This document shows, one piece after another, positions 35,312 through 47,720 of a stretch of 64,000 bases of DNA. The position numbers and the translations under genes were made by a program. Within the stretch, counting starts at the first letter, position 1; each line of letters opens with the position of its first letter. The notes below the pieces were generated by a model. The model did not search any database. It saw nothing but the letters and a program-made list of their open reading frames with translations, and was not told where the DNA came from. Source of the DNA: Antedon mediterranea (Eukaryota; Animalia; Echinodermata); assembly GCF_964355755.1 (NCBI RefSeq), contig NC_092676.1, positions 3,077,888 through 3,141,887 of the forward strand, given 5' to 3'.

Positions 35312-38110
35312 TCAAAAGTCGATATAGCTGTGTTAACAGAGACTTGGCTGAATGATGCTACTATTGATTTTGTGAATTGTTCCGGTTTTAAAAAGTTCAC
35401 GAAGAATAGATGCAACAAGAGAGGTGGTGGTGTTGCTATTTTTGTTGGTGATGATTTTGCCTGTGAATCTTGCATTGCACATGGTAGCTGTAATTTCGAA
35501 TGCCTTTGGATAAAGACAACTATTCCAGGCAAGTCAAATCAAGGTAGTCACTTTTATATTGGAGCTATTTATTATCCTCCGTCTGCCGCTAATGCGGATT
35601 TGTTGATTGAGCACATTGTTGATACAATTGATAACATTCGTTCTATGGATTTCGCTGCTCCTACTGCTATTTTGGGTGACTTTAATGACCTAGATCTAGC
35701 TGAGCTGGAAGTGAATGTTGGACTGTCGCAAGTTGTTAACTTCGCTACACGAAAGGATGCCCTGTTGGACAAGATATTTTTGAGTCGTGCTGATCTTTAC
35801 CATCTTCCGCAACGCTTAGCGCCACTGGGTCGGAGTGACCATAATGCCATCCTATTGGAACCACTGATTGAATTACCTCAGCACAAGCGTCTATCAGTGC
35901 GTTCTCAGCCATATCGTGACTCCTCTGTTTTGTCCTTTGGTCAATGGGTTACAACCCATGAGTGGAATGATGTGCTGAATATTGAGGACGTCAATCGAAA
36001 AACCAAAATGTTCTCTTCAATTTTGAATGGTGCTTTTAACAAGATATTTCCTGTGCTGAGTAGGAACAAGCGCACTGCTGACAAGCCCTGGATGTCCGAC
36101 AAGATTCGAAGATTAATTGACTCTAGACAAAATTTGTTTCGTAGGTTTGGTAGAACGGATGAGTGGCGTTCAATTCGCAACTTAGTCCAAGATTGTATTA
36201 GAAAGGCTAAAAACAAATATTATTGTAATTCCTTATTAAGTCTTAAACGTAACAACCCTGCCATGTGGCATACAGGTATTAAACAACTATGTAATCTTAA
36301 GACTAAAAATACTAATTTCACCTTGCCTGGGCTGTCCAAAGTTGAAACTGCCTCTGAGATTAATGCCCATTTCTCTAGTGTTTGTAATGCCATCCCTCCT
36401 CTTAATTTAAACGATTTGCCTGCTTATCTCTCAGCCCCTGGGCCACCACCTTTAATATATGCTGGTCAGGTCCTAAAAGCCCTTTGTAATCTTAAGCCTA
36501 ACAAAGCTGGCCATCCAGATGAACCTCCTATTAAACTATATAGAGATTTTGCTCCTGAACTTGCTGAACCTGTTGCGGATATCTTCAATCATGCATTGAA
36601 GGATGGTGTTTTCCCCGACCTTTGGAAAAGGGCTACTGCAGTTCCCATTCCTAAAACTGTGAATGCTAGTTCTGTCTCTGACCTTAGACCTATTTCCCTT
36701 ACCAATGTTCTTGCCAGGGTATTTGAATCTTTTATTGTTAAGTGGATTCTTGAAGATATTAAGGGTAAATTAGATTCTCGTCAATTTGGTAGTAGGAAAA
36801 AGGCTTCCTCAACTCACTATCTTGTTAGTCTTATTGACTCTACACTCAAAGATGTTGAGAAGGGTAAATGTTATGTTAACCTATGTGCCACTGACTTTAC
36901 TAAAGCTTTTGATCGTGTTGATCATAATGTTATTATTATAAAGTTGATTGAACTGGGTGTGAGGTCGTCCATAATTCCCATCGTCTGCAGCTTTCTCACT
37001 TCCCGTTCTCTCAACACCAAGTTTGCTGGGATTTTGTCATCTTCAAAGTCACTGACTTGTGGTGTCCCACAGGGGACATTGCTTGGCCCTGTACTTTTCC
37101 TAGTACTTATTAACGATGCTTGTGTTGATTGCTGCAGACGATGGAAATATGTGGATGACCTCACCCTTGGGGAGGTCGTTCGCAAAGGTGATTTGCCTTC
37201 CATGCAATCCCTGTTAGATGATCTGAGTGTTTGGTGTTCATCCAATAATATGATACCCAAACCCTCCAAATGCCATATCTTGGTTGTCAATTTTCTTAAG
37301 GACAAGTCGGATGATATTATATCGCCTTCTTTTAGTCTGAGTGGTTCCATTTTACAAGTAGTTGATCACATGACGCTTCTTGGTGTAATCATTCAAAATG
37401 ACCTGAAATGGGAACTTAACACTAATAATATTGTGTCTAGAGCTTCTAGACGTTTATTTTCCTTGTGCATTTTGAAGAAAGCAGGAATCTTAATTAATGA
37501 TCTGTTGACTGTTTATATGGCGTATATAAGACCTATTTTAGAATATGCTGCCCCTGTTTGGCATGGCGCTATCACTAAGGACATGTCCAAGTCTATTGAA
37601 AAGGTACAAAAGAGAGCATTGCGTATCATGCTAGGTAACAACTATTTGTGCTATGATCATGCATTGTCTGTTACTGGTTTACCTACTCTTGTAGAGAGAA
37701 GAAACAAACTTGTGTTGTCTTTCGGGGAAGGCTTATTAAAATCCGAGCTGTTTAGAGAAATACTTCCCCCTCTTCATAAGCCAGCTCGGTCTCTCAGAGT
37801 CAACCGCTTTCTAGAAGTACCTCATTGTAAAACCAGCAGACTTAGGTCGTCTCCAGTTCCCACCATGGTGGATATAATTAATAGGCACCACTAGCTCTTT
37901 TTTAGATATGTAATAAGTGAATGTTTTAAGGTTTTTTATTCATGTATGTTTTTAATTGTATGGTACGATATCTAATTTTATTAAGATGTTTCTATTTTTA
38001 TAGCAATTTTAACTAATTTTTAGTCTTTTGTAATACATTTCATTTCAGTCCTTGACTGTCGTTTTGTAATATATTTTTATATACCGAATAAATAAATAAA
38101 ATAAATAAAT
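35312..38110 (+). mobile_element. LINE (CR1/L2 group) with near-complete ORF2, inserted in a Helitron
   Basis: Starts inside the AP endonuclease domain (DIAVLTETWL) and has a (TAAA)n tail at ~38087-38110. The host Helitron sequence AATGTATT^ACAGTCC resumes after the tail. Confidence 0.9.
35330..37894 (+). CDS. AP endonuclease + reverse transcriptase (LINE ORF2, slightly 5'-truncated)
   Basis: ETWL, RGGGVA, YYPP, GDFN, LDKI, SDH (EN); LRPISLT, DFTKAFD, GVPQGTLLGP, KYVDD (RT). Uninterrupted 854-codon frame; the annotated start is not a true ATG. Confidence 0.9.
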   Translation: MLTETWLNDATIDFVNCSGFKKFTKNRCNKRGGGVAIFVGDDFACESCIAHGSCNFECLWIKTTIPGKSNQGSHFYIGAIYYPPSAANADLLIEHIVDTIDNIRSMDFAAPTAILGDFNDLDLAELEVNVGLSQVVNFATRKDALLDKIFLSRADLYHLPQRLAPLGRSDHNAILLEPLIELPQHKRLSVRSQPYRDSSVLSFGQWVTTHEWNDVLNIEDVNRKTKMFSSILNGAFNKIFPVLSRNKRTADKPWMSDKIRRLIDSRQNLFRRFGRTDEWRSIRNLVQDCIRKAKNKYYCNSLLSLKRNNPAMWHTGIKQLCNLKTKNTNFTLPGLSKVETASEINAHFSSVCNAIPPLNLNDLPAYLSAPGPPPLIYAGQVLKALCNLKPNKAGHPDEPPIKLYRDFAPELAEPVADIFNHALKDGVFPDLWKRATAVPIPKTVNASSVSDLRPISLTNVLARVFESFIVKWILEDIKGKLDSRQFGSRKKASSTHYLVSLIDSTLKDVEKGKCYVNLCATDFTKAFDRVDHNVIIIKLIELGVRSSIIPIVCSFLTSRSLNTKFAGILSSSKSLTCGVPQGTLLGPVLFLVLINDACVDCCRRWKYVDDLTLGEVVRKGDLPSMQSLLDDLSVWCSSNNMIPKPSKCHILVVNFLKDKSDDIISPSFSLSGSILQVVDHMTLLGVIIQNDLKWELNTNNIVSRASRRLFSLCILKKAGILINDLLTVYMAYIRPILEYAAPVWHGAITKDMSKSIEKVQKRALRIMLGNNYLCYDHALSVTGLPTLVERRNKLVLSFGEGLLKSELFREILPPLHKPARSLRVNRFLEVPHCKTSRLRSSPVPTMVDIINRHH

Positions 38111-39392
38111 TACAGTCCTGCGGTACGTACTGTACATTTGAAATCGCCAGTTTTGTTACGCTGAAATGACTGTGTATTCGAGAACCATCTGTGGGCACGA
38201 CCTAGATGGTACGCGAGCGAAGCGAGCGTATCTAAATATAAATTTACCTAAGGGCAAAATTCGGTAAATCGCGCGTTATTTCTAGAATGTTTACTCGATG
38301 GTATATAAAGTTGGTTAGAATCTCGGTACTGATTTAAACCACCAGATGTAACCCTGTTTACTAATTAAATTGAGTTAGATAATTAGTTATTGACAATTAA
38401 AACGAATTTAGGTTGAACGTTTTGCCCCAAATAGGGGTGTTTTCCGATCGTGGTATACACTGTCTAATGCATGTCCTCTTAAAAAATACCTGCACACAAT
38501 AATACGAGGATGCTTCGCATTTTCCTATCTCCTCCTACGATAATTGTTTTTAATAGCTGAAAACCGGTTGAACAGCTCGAGTACAGTATCATAATGTTGA
38601 AGACAGGCCGATTTTCTTAAAAAAATACTATTTTGATAGATTTAATATACGTTTATACAAATGTATTGATTTGCGATGAATGGAACATTCCAATCTCTCA
38701 GACTCCCGGTTTGTAGGTAAATTTATGAGCCCTCCATGGTTTAACACAAGTAGGTACATTTATGGGCCCTTTGAGAATAAACTTAACACTAGATATGGCA
38801 TTGCAATACTGCAATTACTGAACGTAATAACTATTTTTGGTCGCCAATTGAATCGAAATTTTCTTACTGTGAATGTGGTTACTGTTTATTGTATTAATTA
38901 GTAATTATAAAAAATATAAACGTCGTAGTGGTGTATCGTTACATGTACTTTACTATTTCAATCGACTATAACAGGTACAGTTTTAGTTTTTTTGAACTCA
39001 TTTTAAGACAAGTTTCTCCTTCGGAAGTAGGCCTAATTCCCAGTGTGCTAATCTTAGTTGACTACATTAATCATCGTGTCTATTTATGTATTTATAGTCC
39101 TGCGGTACGTACATTTGAAATCGCCAGTTTTTTTACGCTGAAATTACTGTGTATTCGAAAACCATCTGTGGACACGACCTAGATGGTACGCGAGCGAAGC
39201 GAATATATAATTCGTGGTAAATTTAACGCATATCATGAAGGTGAAAGTGCTCGATATATATATATCTCTAAAGGCAAATATCTGAAAAATGACAATGCTG
39301 TGGGTATCAGTGGCTGGATCTCAATGGAGATACAAAAAAAAGCGAAAAGTATATATATAACGATAAAGATAAGGAAATCTGTGAGAATGAGA

Positions 39393-39470
39393 AAAAGTCG
39401 CCCCAACCGAGACTCGAACTCGGACCGTCTGCTTGATATGCAGTTGCCCTAACCATTAGACCACTGGGGC
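39393..39470 (-). repeat. tRNA-like sequence (SINE head or pseudo-tRNA)
   Basis: Minus strand GCCCCAGTGGTCTAATGGTTAGGGC...GAGTTCGAGTCTCGGTTGGGGCGACTTTTT: A/B boxes, acceptor stem, T-run. The anticodon arm is non-canonical and it sits among repeat fragments. Confidence 0.55.
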
Positions 39471-39607
39471 TTTCATGGTATTGTTCAAACTGGATTGGAT
39501 AGCGACTCTTTAACATTCTCAACGTGGTACGGCGGAACAGCACTAGTCCTCAGTTGTACGCACGCGTAACAACAGAGATCAAATTGATACGCCAGAAAAG
39601 TTAGCAG

Positions 39608-40140
39608 GGGCGGATTGCTATAAGCGGTCTATAACCGGTCTTAGCGCTTAGTCGGCTATAATTCGTGACGTAGCAAGTAGTCTTACATTATAGACCATTG
39701 CTATACCGCGGTCTAACCTGTAAACGGTCTTTAAAATTAAAGCCTACTCGAAGGAGTCTTAAAACAGTCTTAAACCTCTCTTTTTGTTGCTTTTACGTAT
39801 TATTTATCGTCAAAGACAACCAATAGAACGAGTTTTAAGTGTTAAATCAAATAATAACGGTGATTTTATTCTTATATAGCCCTAGAATAGATTTTCTTGC
39901 GTAGAAATGTACGTACTGTTATGATTGTGAATGGAACAAGCGTGACGAACATTACCTTATTTGGTATTCTACGCGCAAAGTACGCCCTCAATTTGTTACT
40001 TTACGCGGTCTTATCTAAGACTGTTTTATAGCAATGGTCTAACAGGGGTGGCTTTAGTAAGACCGTCTATCAGATAAAGCCGGCTTTAATCGTCGGGGAG
40101 TTAAGACCATTAGTTAAGAATGTTTTATAGCAATCCGCCC
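39608..40140. mobile_element. PIF/Harbinger-like MITE (533 bp)
   Basis: 16-bp TIRs GGGCGGATTGCTATAA / TTATAGCAATCCGCCC and a 3-bp TSD CAG (39605-39607, 40141-40143). Splits a reverse copy of the hammerhead-bearing repeat. Confidence 0.85.
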
Positions 40141-41011
40141 CAGAGCTTTCGGGCAACACTAGCCCTTTTTGATTATGATCATGCGGGAAATTACCCCACG
40201 ACGTTACTTGATGGAAATAAAAGTGGGATGAACCCACATAAGACAAAAGAAAATACACTTACAAGTATTCCAATTCTGCCAAACCAGCAAATGCATTGGC
40301 TTGTAATGTTCTTATTTTGTTACTGTACAAATACCTTGAAAGCAAAAAGAATGTACAGTATAAGTAAATCACAATACCCAAACTATCTTAGTTTTTCTGT
40401 TTGAATGTCTCGATATATTATATTTTAAACAAAATGTCTGCAAAAAATTCAAATTGTTTGTTTAACCATATAATGTACTATATAATATGTAATATGTTCA
40501 AATACTGTAGTTTAATCATGGTGGATCAATTAAAAAAACGTTTTTTGTTGTACTGTAAATAACAATAATAATAAAATTATAGAATATATTTCGTTATCAA
40601 TGTAAAATAATGTGTAATTTTATTTCTGATTCACTATTAACATGGACCTATATAAATTCTATTCTCAATGAAACATAAATTGTAGAGTTTGGTTGTAGAA
40701 TATTAGTGGTATCAAACAATTTTAGTTAAACAAAAACATTTGTACCTACAATGCTGTTATTGGATCATACACATTGTACTTAACAAGCTCTGTATGTATA
40801 TTTGCATTCTATCGAGTACATCTAGTGTCATTAAGACAATAACCATTTGAGTAACACGTCTGGACATTGCATGTGCAATATGTTGAGCATCCGTCTATAA
40901 TGATTTTTAAAAAAAACACCATCAGTTAATTCAGTAATTCATATAAAACAACAACATTAACATTGCTTATATTTGACATAGTAGATGATGATGAATAATG
41001 GTGATGATAAC

Positions 41012-41072
<61 letters not shown>
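41012..41072. repeat. (AAT)n microsatellite
   Basis: About 20 perfect AAT units; this explains the poly-Ile ORF 40998-41291. Confidence 0.95.
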
Positions 41073-41075
<3 letters not shown>

Positions 41076-41349
41076 TTAGCTTACAAATCCAAAATATCCA
41101 TATTAGGCCTATTTAGAAAACGATATGTCAATTTAAGTATTTTTACGGTTAACATTAATTCTTATACAGTTCCATACAGGTGTATTAAAACAGCTTTAAG
41201 ATTACACTGTTTATTTCGTGAGATTATTTTTCCTGATTTAATTAAAAATAAAACAAATCGCTTACTGAAGACAATAATAAAGACAAAATAAATTACATTA
41301 ATGAATCCATTTTTGTAAATGACATGCAATTTGACTTTTTTTTAACACT

Positions 41350-41810
41350 AGTCGCGAATTTTTACTAGATGGTATATAAAGTTGGTTCATACTTCCGGGT
41401 TTGATTTTAACAACCGAATGTAACCCTGTTTACTAATTAGGTTGAGTTAGATAATTAGTTATTGACAATTAAAACGAATTTAACTTCAGCCATTTGCTCC
41501 AAATAAGGGTGTTTTTCGATCGTGCAAACTGTATAATTGATCGCGGTATTGCTGAAAAATACCCACACACAATAATAAGAGGATGCTTCGCATTTTCTCT
41601 TCTCCTAATTGTGTTTGATAACTAAAAAACCGGTTGAACTGCTCGACTACAGCATCGTAATGTTGAAGACAAACCAACTTTCTTAAAAAAATGCTTTTTA
41701 ACAGATTTTGTATACGCTTATACAAACGTATTTCTTGTCGATTAATGGAAAATTCCAATCTTTCAGTCTTTCAGTCACCATAGGTATTTGGTATAACACA
41801 GGTAGGTAAA
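41350..41810 (+). mobile_element. Diverged fragment of the same Helitron family
   Basis: GATGGTATATAAAGTTGGTTC...AGATAATTAGTTATTGAC...GATGCTTCGCATTTTC match 2488-3758. Confidence 0.7.
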
Positions 41811-44800
41811 TTTAGATTGTTCAAGTAAATACCATCCTAATTGGTATAATTAATACATTATTTAGTTTACACATCGTTTGAAACTAACTTCTGCGAAAGA
41901 GTGGGCGGTTTCGGCCTAAGAAGGAAGACGTTGCATCAAGGACAGAAGTATCACACGGTCCTAACGGGACACACAGATAGCCCACAGTCTTCCATGCCAG
42001 CTTACTCAATAACTCGGCTATCGGGGTCTTATCATCAGTTCTCCCTACGTAATTTTATATACTATTCCCCACAATATACTCGGATGCTTTATGGCGGGCA
42101 CAGTTGAAAATCTACCGATGAAATCAGACATTTTAGTTTCAAAACCCTTTATAATATCTTCCTAAGATAGTGAACAATATCGTAATAGTGGAAATTAATG
42201 TTATCAAATCTACGTTTCGCGGTACATCTAAGATAGATAAGGTAGGTATCCAAGGCGGAGATTTGTCTCGAAGTTTTCCATTGTGCTCGCCAATGTCAGA
42301 TTAACCATATTTATATATAGATAATGACAAATTATAGCAAAAATACCGGATCTAAAGACAGTCCGCAAGATTCGTAGTAAAATAAAATTTAACGAGATCT
42401 AAGTAGTAAAGATAACTTTATAAGTGGCAAGATCTGAGTAGTCTAGTAAACCCTACCAATTGATTTTTAAAAAGTCGATACTTTGGTCATTTTTCGAAAA
42501 TGTCCATGAAAATGGCGAAATTTGGTCAGATATGTGCAGTCAAGTAAATGCACGATACTCGCTAATAAAAAAAAAATGTAATTATAATATATTATGCTAT
42601 TATATGATAAATTTAAAAGTAAAAAAAATTAATCTTACCAGTTAAACTGGGATTACTATTACTATAATTAGAGTAATAAGGATCATACGAATAACTGGAA
42701 CTGTTTGCTACTTGGCCAGAAACATAAAAGCTAGAAAACACCACCACGAATATCACAAGGATTTTGAAGATCATCATCTTCTTGCACAGGTCTGTATAAA
42801 CGCTGTCCAAATAATCAAATTAGACTACCTGTGAGAGTTGGGTCAGTTTATGAAATACTTTTTACTCTGAGATTGTATCTATTATTGGCGCTAGTGAGTT
42901 TTAATAATTTAGGTTATTAATCACTTCACCAGAGATCTTCAGATAAACGTAGTCATCATGATACATTTAATATTTAATTTGTTTTTTTTTAGAATATTAA
43001 TATAGTAGAAAGTTGAAACGTGTAACAACTGTCATCTTTATAAGAATACATTATACTGTAACGTTTTTGAGTTCAACGTCTCTGATATATGTTATGTTGT
43101 TAACGTTTTCCGTCTTCCGACATTACGCTTTTCACAATTTGTTTCCATTTTTTTTCTGTTTATGGCAGGATGGTTTGTTATTGTGTTAGTGTCTACTTGT
43201 CCTTGTAAGTCTTTGTTTATTTGATTCATCCAGTTATTTTTTTGGTCTTCCTACGGGTCTCTGATAGGTCTATTACAATTATATATTTTCAATTAATTTT
43301 TTTCAAAATATGGCAGCGCAAAATTTCGACCCTTTTATTTGTCGACAAAACTGTAGCGCTCAGTTGATGAAGCGAACTGTTTATTCGGCAGTCTTTACTA
43401 AATAAATTGCATGAAACAAACAATTAAATAACAGCATTAACATGATGTTGGCATGTAGTTGATAATATTTTTTATCATAAAAATACTACCGGTGGTCTAG
43501 GCTTAAATTAGTGTAACCGTCACAAAAAGTTGTATACATCCTCATTTATGGCGGCGCCCTACCACATGGACAATATTACTTTTACAGAGAAAATCGCGGA
43601 TTCTTGTGATATATTCTATGGTAAAACTAAAACCAAAGAATATGTCAGAAGAATGGGCAGTCCTCGATTTTTGCAATGGAAATTTGGTATCACTTTTAAC
43701 CGAGCATGGACAGACTAGAAAAGACTTGATTTAAATTGATATTATACATGTCGCATTAAATAGAATTATAATAATATTTATGCAATTATATAGCATTTTA
43801 TAGAAAATATTTAGTAACAAACTATTGTACATTCACTTCTAGAAAAAATTATTTTACCACCATGCTAAATTAGTTCACAAAGAAAGGCTTAGCAACAACC
43901 AACATCAACCATTTGTTACCAAGCATGACGTACTGCCATTACCGCAAACTAATGTACATAGGCCTACCCGTTATTCAAGTCATGTTTGTATGATATAAAT
44001 TACTATAAATAATAATTATTTTTGCTACCAGAAACAATTAGTTCATAAATATTATTAAACTATCCTTTGTGAAAACTCGTCAACCACTTTAACGCGCCCG
44101 GTAGTTGACGCGAACTGTATTCGGCAATTTTTTTAATAAATAATTTGCATATCACGAAAAATTAAAATATCGAATACTAGCATTTAACATGATTGTTAGC
44201 ATATAGTTGATAACATTTTTTATCATGAAAACCCTACGGTGGTCCAGGCTTAGATCTTTTCACAAAAAGGTATATGCCCTGCCGCATGGGAAACATTACT
44301 GTTGCAGGGGAAACCGCGGATTGCTCATTCTTCTGAACTATGAAACGCTGTTAGTGTCTTTGCATTGTATTTTGTACCCAATCCATTTCATTGATTAATT
44401 GCCAATCACGTGCCGGAAAAGTGATAATGATAATAATGAACAGTATACTAATGAACGTTCAGCTTTTTGTAAAAATGTTGATATAAGCCGTTTTCAAAAG
44501 TCAATCTCTTCTTATAGGCTGAGTGCGTGCTGTTTATTTACTAATTACCCTCATCCAAAATTGGAGCACAGCTTTTCCGAGTGTTTAGGCCTAGAAATAG
44601 TGCTCTTTCTGCATTATTTTTTCTCCTATGAGGCTAATGGCAGAAATTATTAATAATTCATGAGAATAATCATGACATCATAAGGTAATTATATTTGCAT
44701 AGAAGAGATCAGATACCTTTTGCAATGTCAAACAGTTGGTCGATAGGCCTAGTATACTAATGATCTGGTGCTTTGGGTTCGGTGCTCATCAACATCATCC

Positions 44801-46131
44801 GTATATTTTTTAATTGTTGAGAGAGATTATTTAGAGGGATAGGTTAAGTTATATTTAGGAAGTAGGTCAGTTATCTCGTAATTCTTTTAACATAGAAAAA
44901 ATTAGGTACATGAATTATTCATAATTTCTGTCATAATCTAATTGGAACAAAAATAATGCTTCCCGTCTTGGTCTTCGAAAAACACATTACTCTCAAATTA
45001 TCACAATACAATGTGTAAATGTATTATCTTTATTGACATGGTGTTGCAGTATAATGAAAAACCTATCATGTGTCACTACCAATTAATTCTTACTTTAATG
45101 AATATTATGCAGCAGCCAAAACTAAATCATTGGTTAATTTTTTTTAACTAATAAAGTGCGCATGATCAGTAATTAACAAAACAACCAGATGCCCAATCAC
45201 AGCGCAAAAATGTGTCCTCCAGGTCAAAGGTTAAAAAGGATCGCATTTATCCGATAATTACCTGATTTGAATGAGATAATTATCGCTTAATTTTTCTCGA
45301 GTGCAATCGGTTAAACCCCGTTTCCACAGGCAGTTTATGGTTAATTATCGGTTAATTTTGACTGCGGCAACACGGCCTTAGAAATGTACATTTACTACAG
45401 TACTACATGGTAAGAAGAAATGTTCTATTAACAAATACAAAATATTTGTTTATTTATAAATATATACTACTACCACACAACAAGCTTGTGATAATTACTC
45501 ATACTATTATCCAGTAACCTTTAGTTACTTCTATTACAGTTACACATATCATATGGTACCATGTGGCCTAGAAAAAAAGCCCCAGATAAAGTTAACGGTA
45601 ATTTTGTCTCAATTTTTGAAAAAGGCTAACTTATCAAACTACTTGGAATATTGTTGGCCAATCAGAAGGATCAGGGTGGTTTTTTTTAAAATAGTTAAGA
45701 TATATGTTTTAAGTTTTAGTTTTGGTATGAAGGTGAACAGACACAGGCCAGCAAGAGTGCCTGTTCATTAAAGAAATATACTTTTACTTTAACTTTACTG
45801 CATTTTTTATGTTCATCTTTGTCTGATAACTATATTAAAGCGCTGGGACGTTTCTCCTATCTGACTACATAAGTAAACCGCTCATTCGAAGCCCGTAACA
45901 AAGCTCTTATTTTAACCATATGTAATTTCATTTTTGATTTGAACATGATTTAGGTTTTTTCCTTCTTACAGTATTTGATATTTAAATATAGCTCATTTCA
46001 ATATATCACTATTCAATTCTTCACATAATTTTACAAATTACCTAACCAGAGAAGAGTGAAATTTAACTCTTCCGTGACCTAACTACTGTGCATAAAAATG
46101 TAATTGTATAACCACTATATTTGCACTATAA

Positions 46132-46450
46132 TTAAAAATGTATTGTCCCCCAATAACATAAAAACATGAAGATTTATTAAATCAGACTTTGAATTGTAGA
46201 AAAAAACTGGGAAAAAACATCGTTTTCACTTATAAAAAGAGAAAATAAATGGTTAAATTCAACCAAAAAACCTATTAGCTGGCAACCAATTTGACTATTT
46301 TTCCTTTAAATTACAGTTTTTTTTCAAATAAATAAATTTCTTTTCGATCCAATTTTTAGTCTAAATGGATAACTATTATGTGATATTAAAATGGCATATT
46401 CAACCAAAAATTTAGAAAAAAATATTTTTCAGGGGGACAATACATCTTTA
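46132..46450. mobile_element. TTAA-flanked (Kolobok-like) MITE
   Basis: Inverted ends TTAAAAATGTATTGTCCCCC / GGGGGACAATACATCTTTAA. Related copies at 4079-4284 and ~49960-50219. Confidence 0.65.
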
Positions 46451-46496
46451 ATAGAAATAGGCCTACTATCTAATTTAAATTGCGTTTGGATAATAT

Positions 46497-46797
46497 CAAA
46501 GAACTTATAACACAAGAATCTCCAGTTCGTCCGAAGCGCGTAACAATTTCGAAAGGCATTGTGGGATAGAATAGACCTATGGGTGGCGCCATTGTGAGCC
46601 ATGGAGTAGGGCGCCCGCATCAAATTAGAAAGTCAAAATCATAGAGGGGATCTGCTAATGCTCTAGGGGGGATAGAGTAATTGACTGAGGAGTAGGGCGC
46701 CCGCATCAAATTAGTAAGTCAAAATCATAGAGGGGGGGGGGGGGGGGGTTTGAATGCAAATTGAAGAACAGGAGATTCTTGTGTTATAAGTTCTTTG
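46497..46797. mobile_element. MITE with CAAAG termini and 7-bp TSD (P-superfamily-like)
   Basis: 27-bp perfect TIRs CAAAGAACTTATAACACAAGAATCTCC; ATAATAT on both flanks; an internal ~45-bp direct repeat. Confidence 0.75.
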
Positions 46798-47720
46798 ATA
46801 ATATTAAAATACAGAGTATATAAAGAAATTAGGCATATTGTACGAATAAAAGAACACTAGAAAAACAATTGTTTTTATAATTAGTATGCTATAGTTATGT
46901 AATTGTAAAATAATTCCATTCCAATTATCCATGCATGATTTATTTACACGTGACATGTGGCTACGCGCATATCACGTTTTTGTCATGAAAATGAAACATT
47001 AGACATTAATTTGTCGTACCAGACTGGAGCAGGTGTGAAAGACCATTCACTAAATTAGAACAGAATTTATTTTTGTTGTACTTCCTAACAGTAAGACCCA
47101 TCTGAATAACATATCAAAAATGGAGAAAAGGAAGAAAAATTGCTAAAACTAAAATGGCCGTTTTCTCTAAATATATATAGCCAAATATCATAATATACAG
47201 TAATATAATACTTGCTAACTATAGTTATTGTACCTATAATGTGCATGAAAATCACTGGAGATGTTTAAAAAATGAATTGTTCAACTTTTAAAAATCCAAG
47301 ATGGTTTAAAATGATGTTCACAATGGCTGCCATTTTTCTTATCCTGTATAAAACACCAAATAAAGTCTTTCAAAATTGTCTGTCATAGGTCGTATACAAC
47401 ATTACCAAAATACATTGATGAATAATTTAAATGGGTATATAGATATACTGAAATCTTGAAAATTAAAATTAGCAAACTAGATTGATGAATTCATTGAATA
47501 TTCTATAATCTTGACATATAAATTCTTAAATCTTTTTTAGCACAAACAAACATATGAATTGTACAAGAATTAAGATAATTGTTATCAAAATTAATAAATG
47601 CTTTTAAATGATATTAATAAAAAGTTTACAAGTTTAAATTAGATAAAAATGTGATTAAAACAAGATCAAAGCAGAGAGTTGTTAATTGAAACTCTCTGAT
47701 CAAAGATTGAATTCAATAAA

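Larger units (their letters stand above)
33598..39205 (+). mobile_element. Head-to-tail array of three non-autonomous Helitrons (second copy interrupted by a LINE)
   Basis: Copies start with TC at 33598, 34193 and 38231. Exact CTAG|TC junction at 34192/34193; 3' hairpin at 38210-38230. Homologous to 2488-3758. Confidence 0.8.
9778..42777 (-). pseudogene. LRR-containing GPCR paralog A (GRL101/RXFP-like 7TM, no LDLa); inactivated allele or pseudogene
   Basis: Exons: 42777-42639 signal peptide; 40894-40750 LRRNT (in-frame TAG at 40811-40809); ten 72-nt LRR exons at 40334-40263, 32623-32552, 32200-32129, 31741-31670, 31396-31325, 30819-30748, 28991-28920, 28653-28582, 27357-27286, 26659-26588; microexon 26254-26222; 24955-24878; 24697-24626; 24113-24042; a 78-nt exon split by the BEL element (23186-23157 + 15205-15158); hinge+7TM exon 10903-9778. 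Reconstructed total 2463 nt (821 codons), all introns GT-AG. Confidence 0.85.

Noticed and set aside
39393-39470. Possible functional tRNA gene
   Set aside because: Non-canonical anticodon arm and embedding among repeat fragments; better explained as a SINE head or pseudo-tRNA. tRNAscan-SE would settle it.
40998-41291. Poly-Ile ORF
   Set aside because: Translation of an (AAT)n microsatellite.
43360-44330. Two diverged ~200-bp similar segments (~43365-43600 and ~44100-44320) upstream of paralog A
   Set aside because: Probably old repeat fragments; no termini, coding signal or defined motif could be supported.
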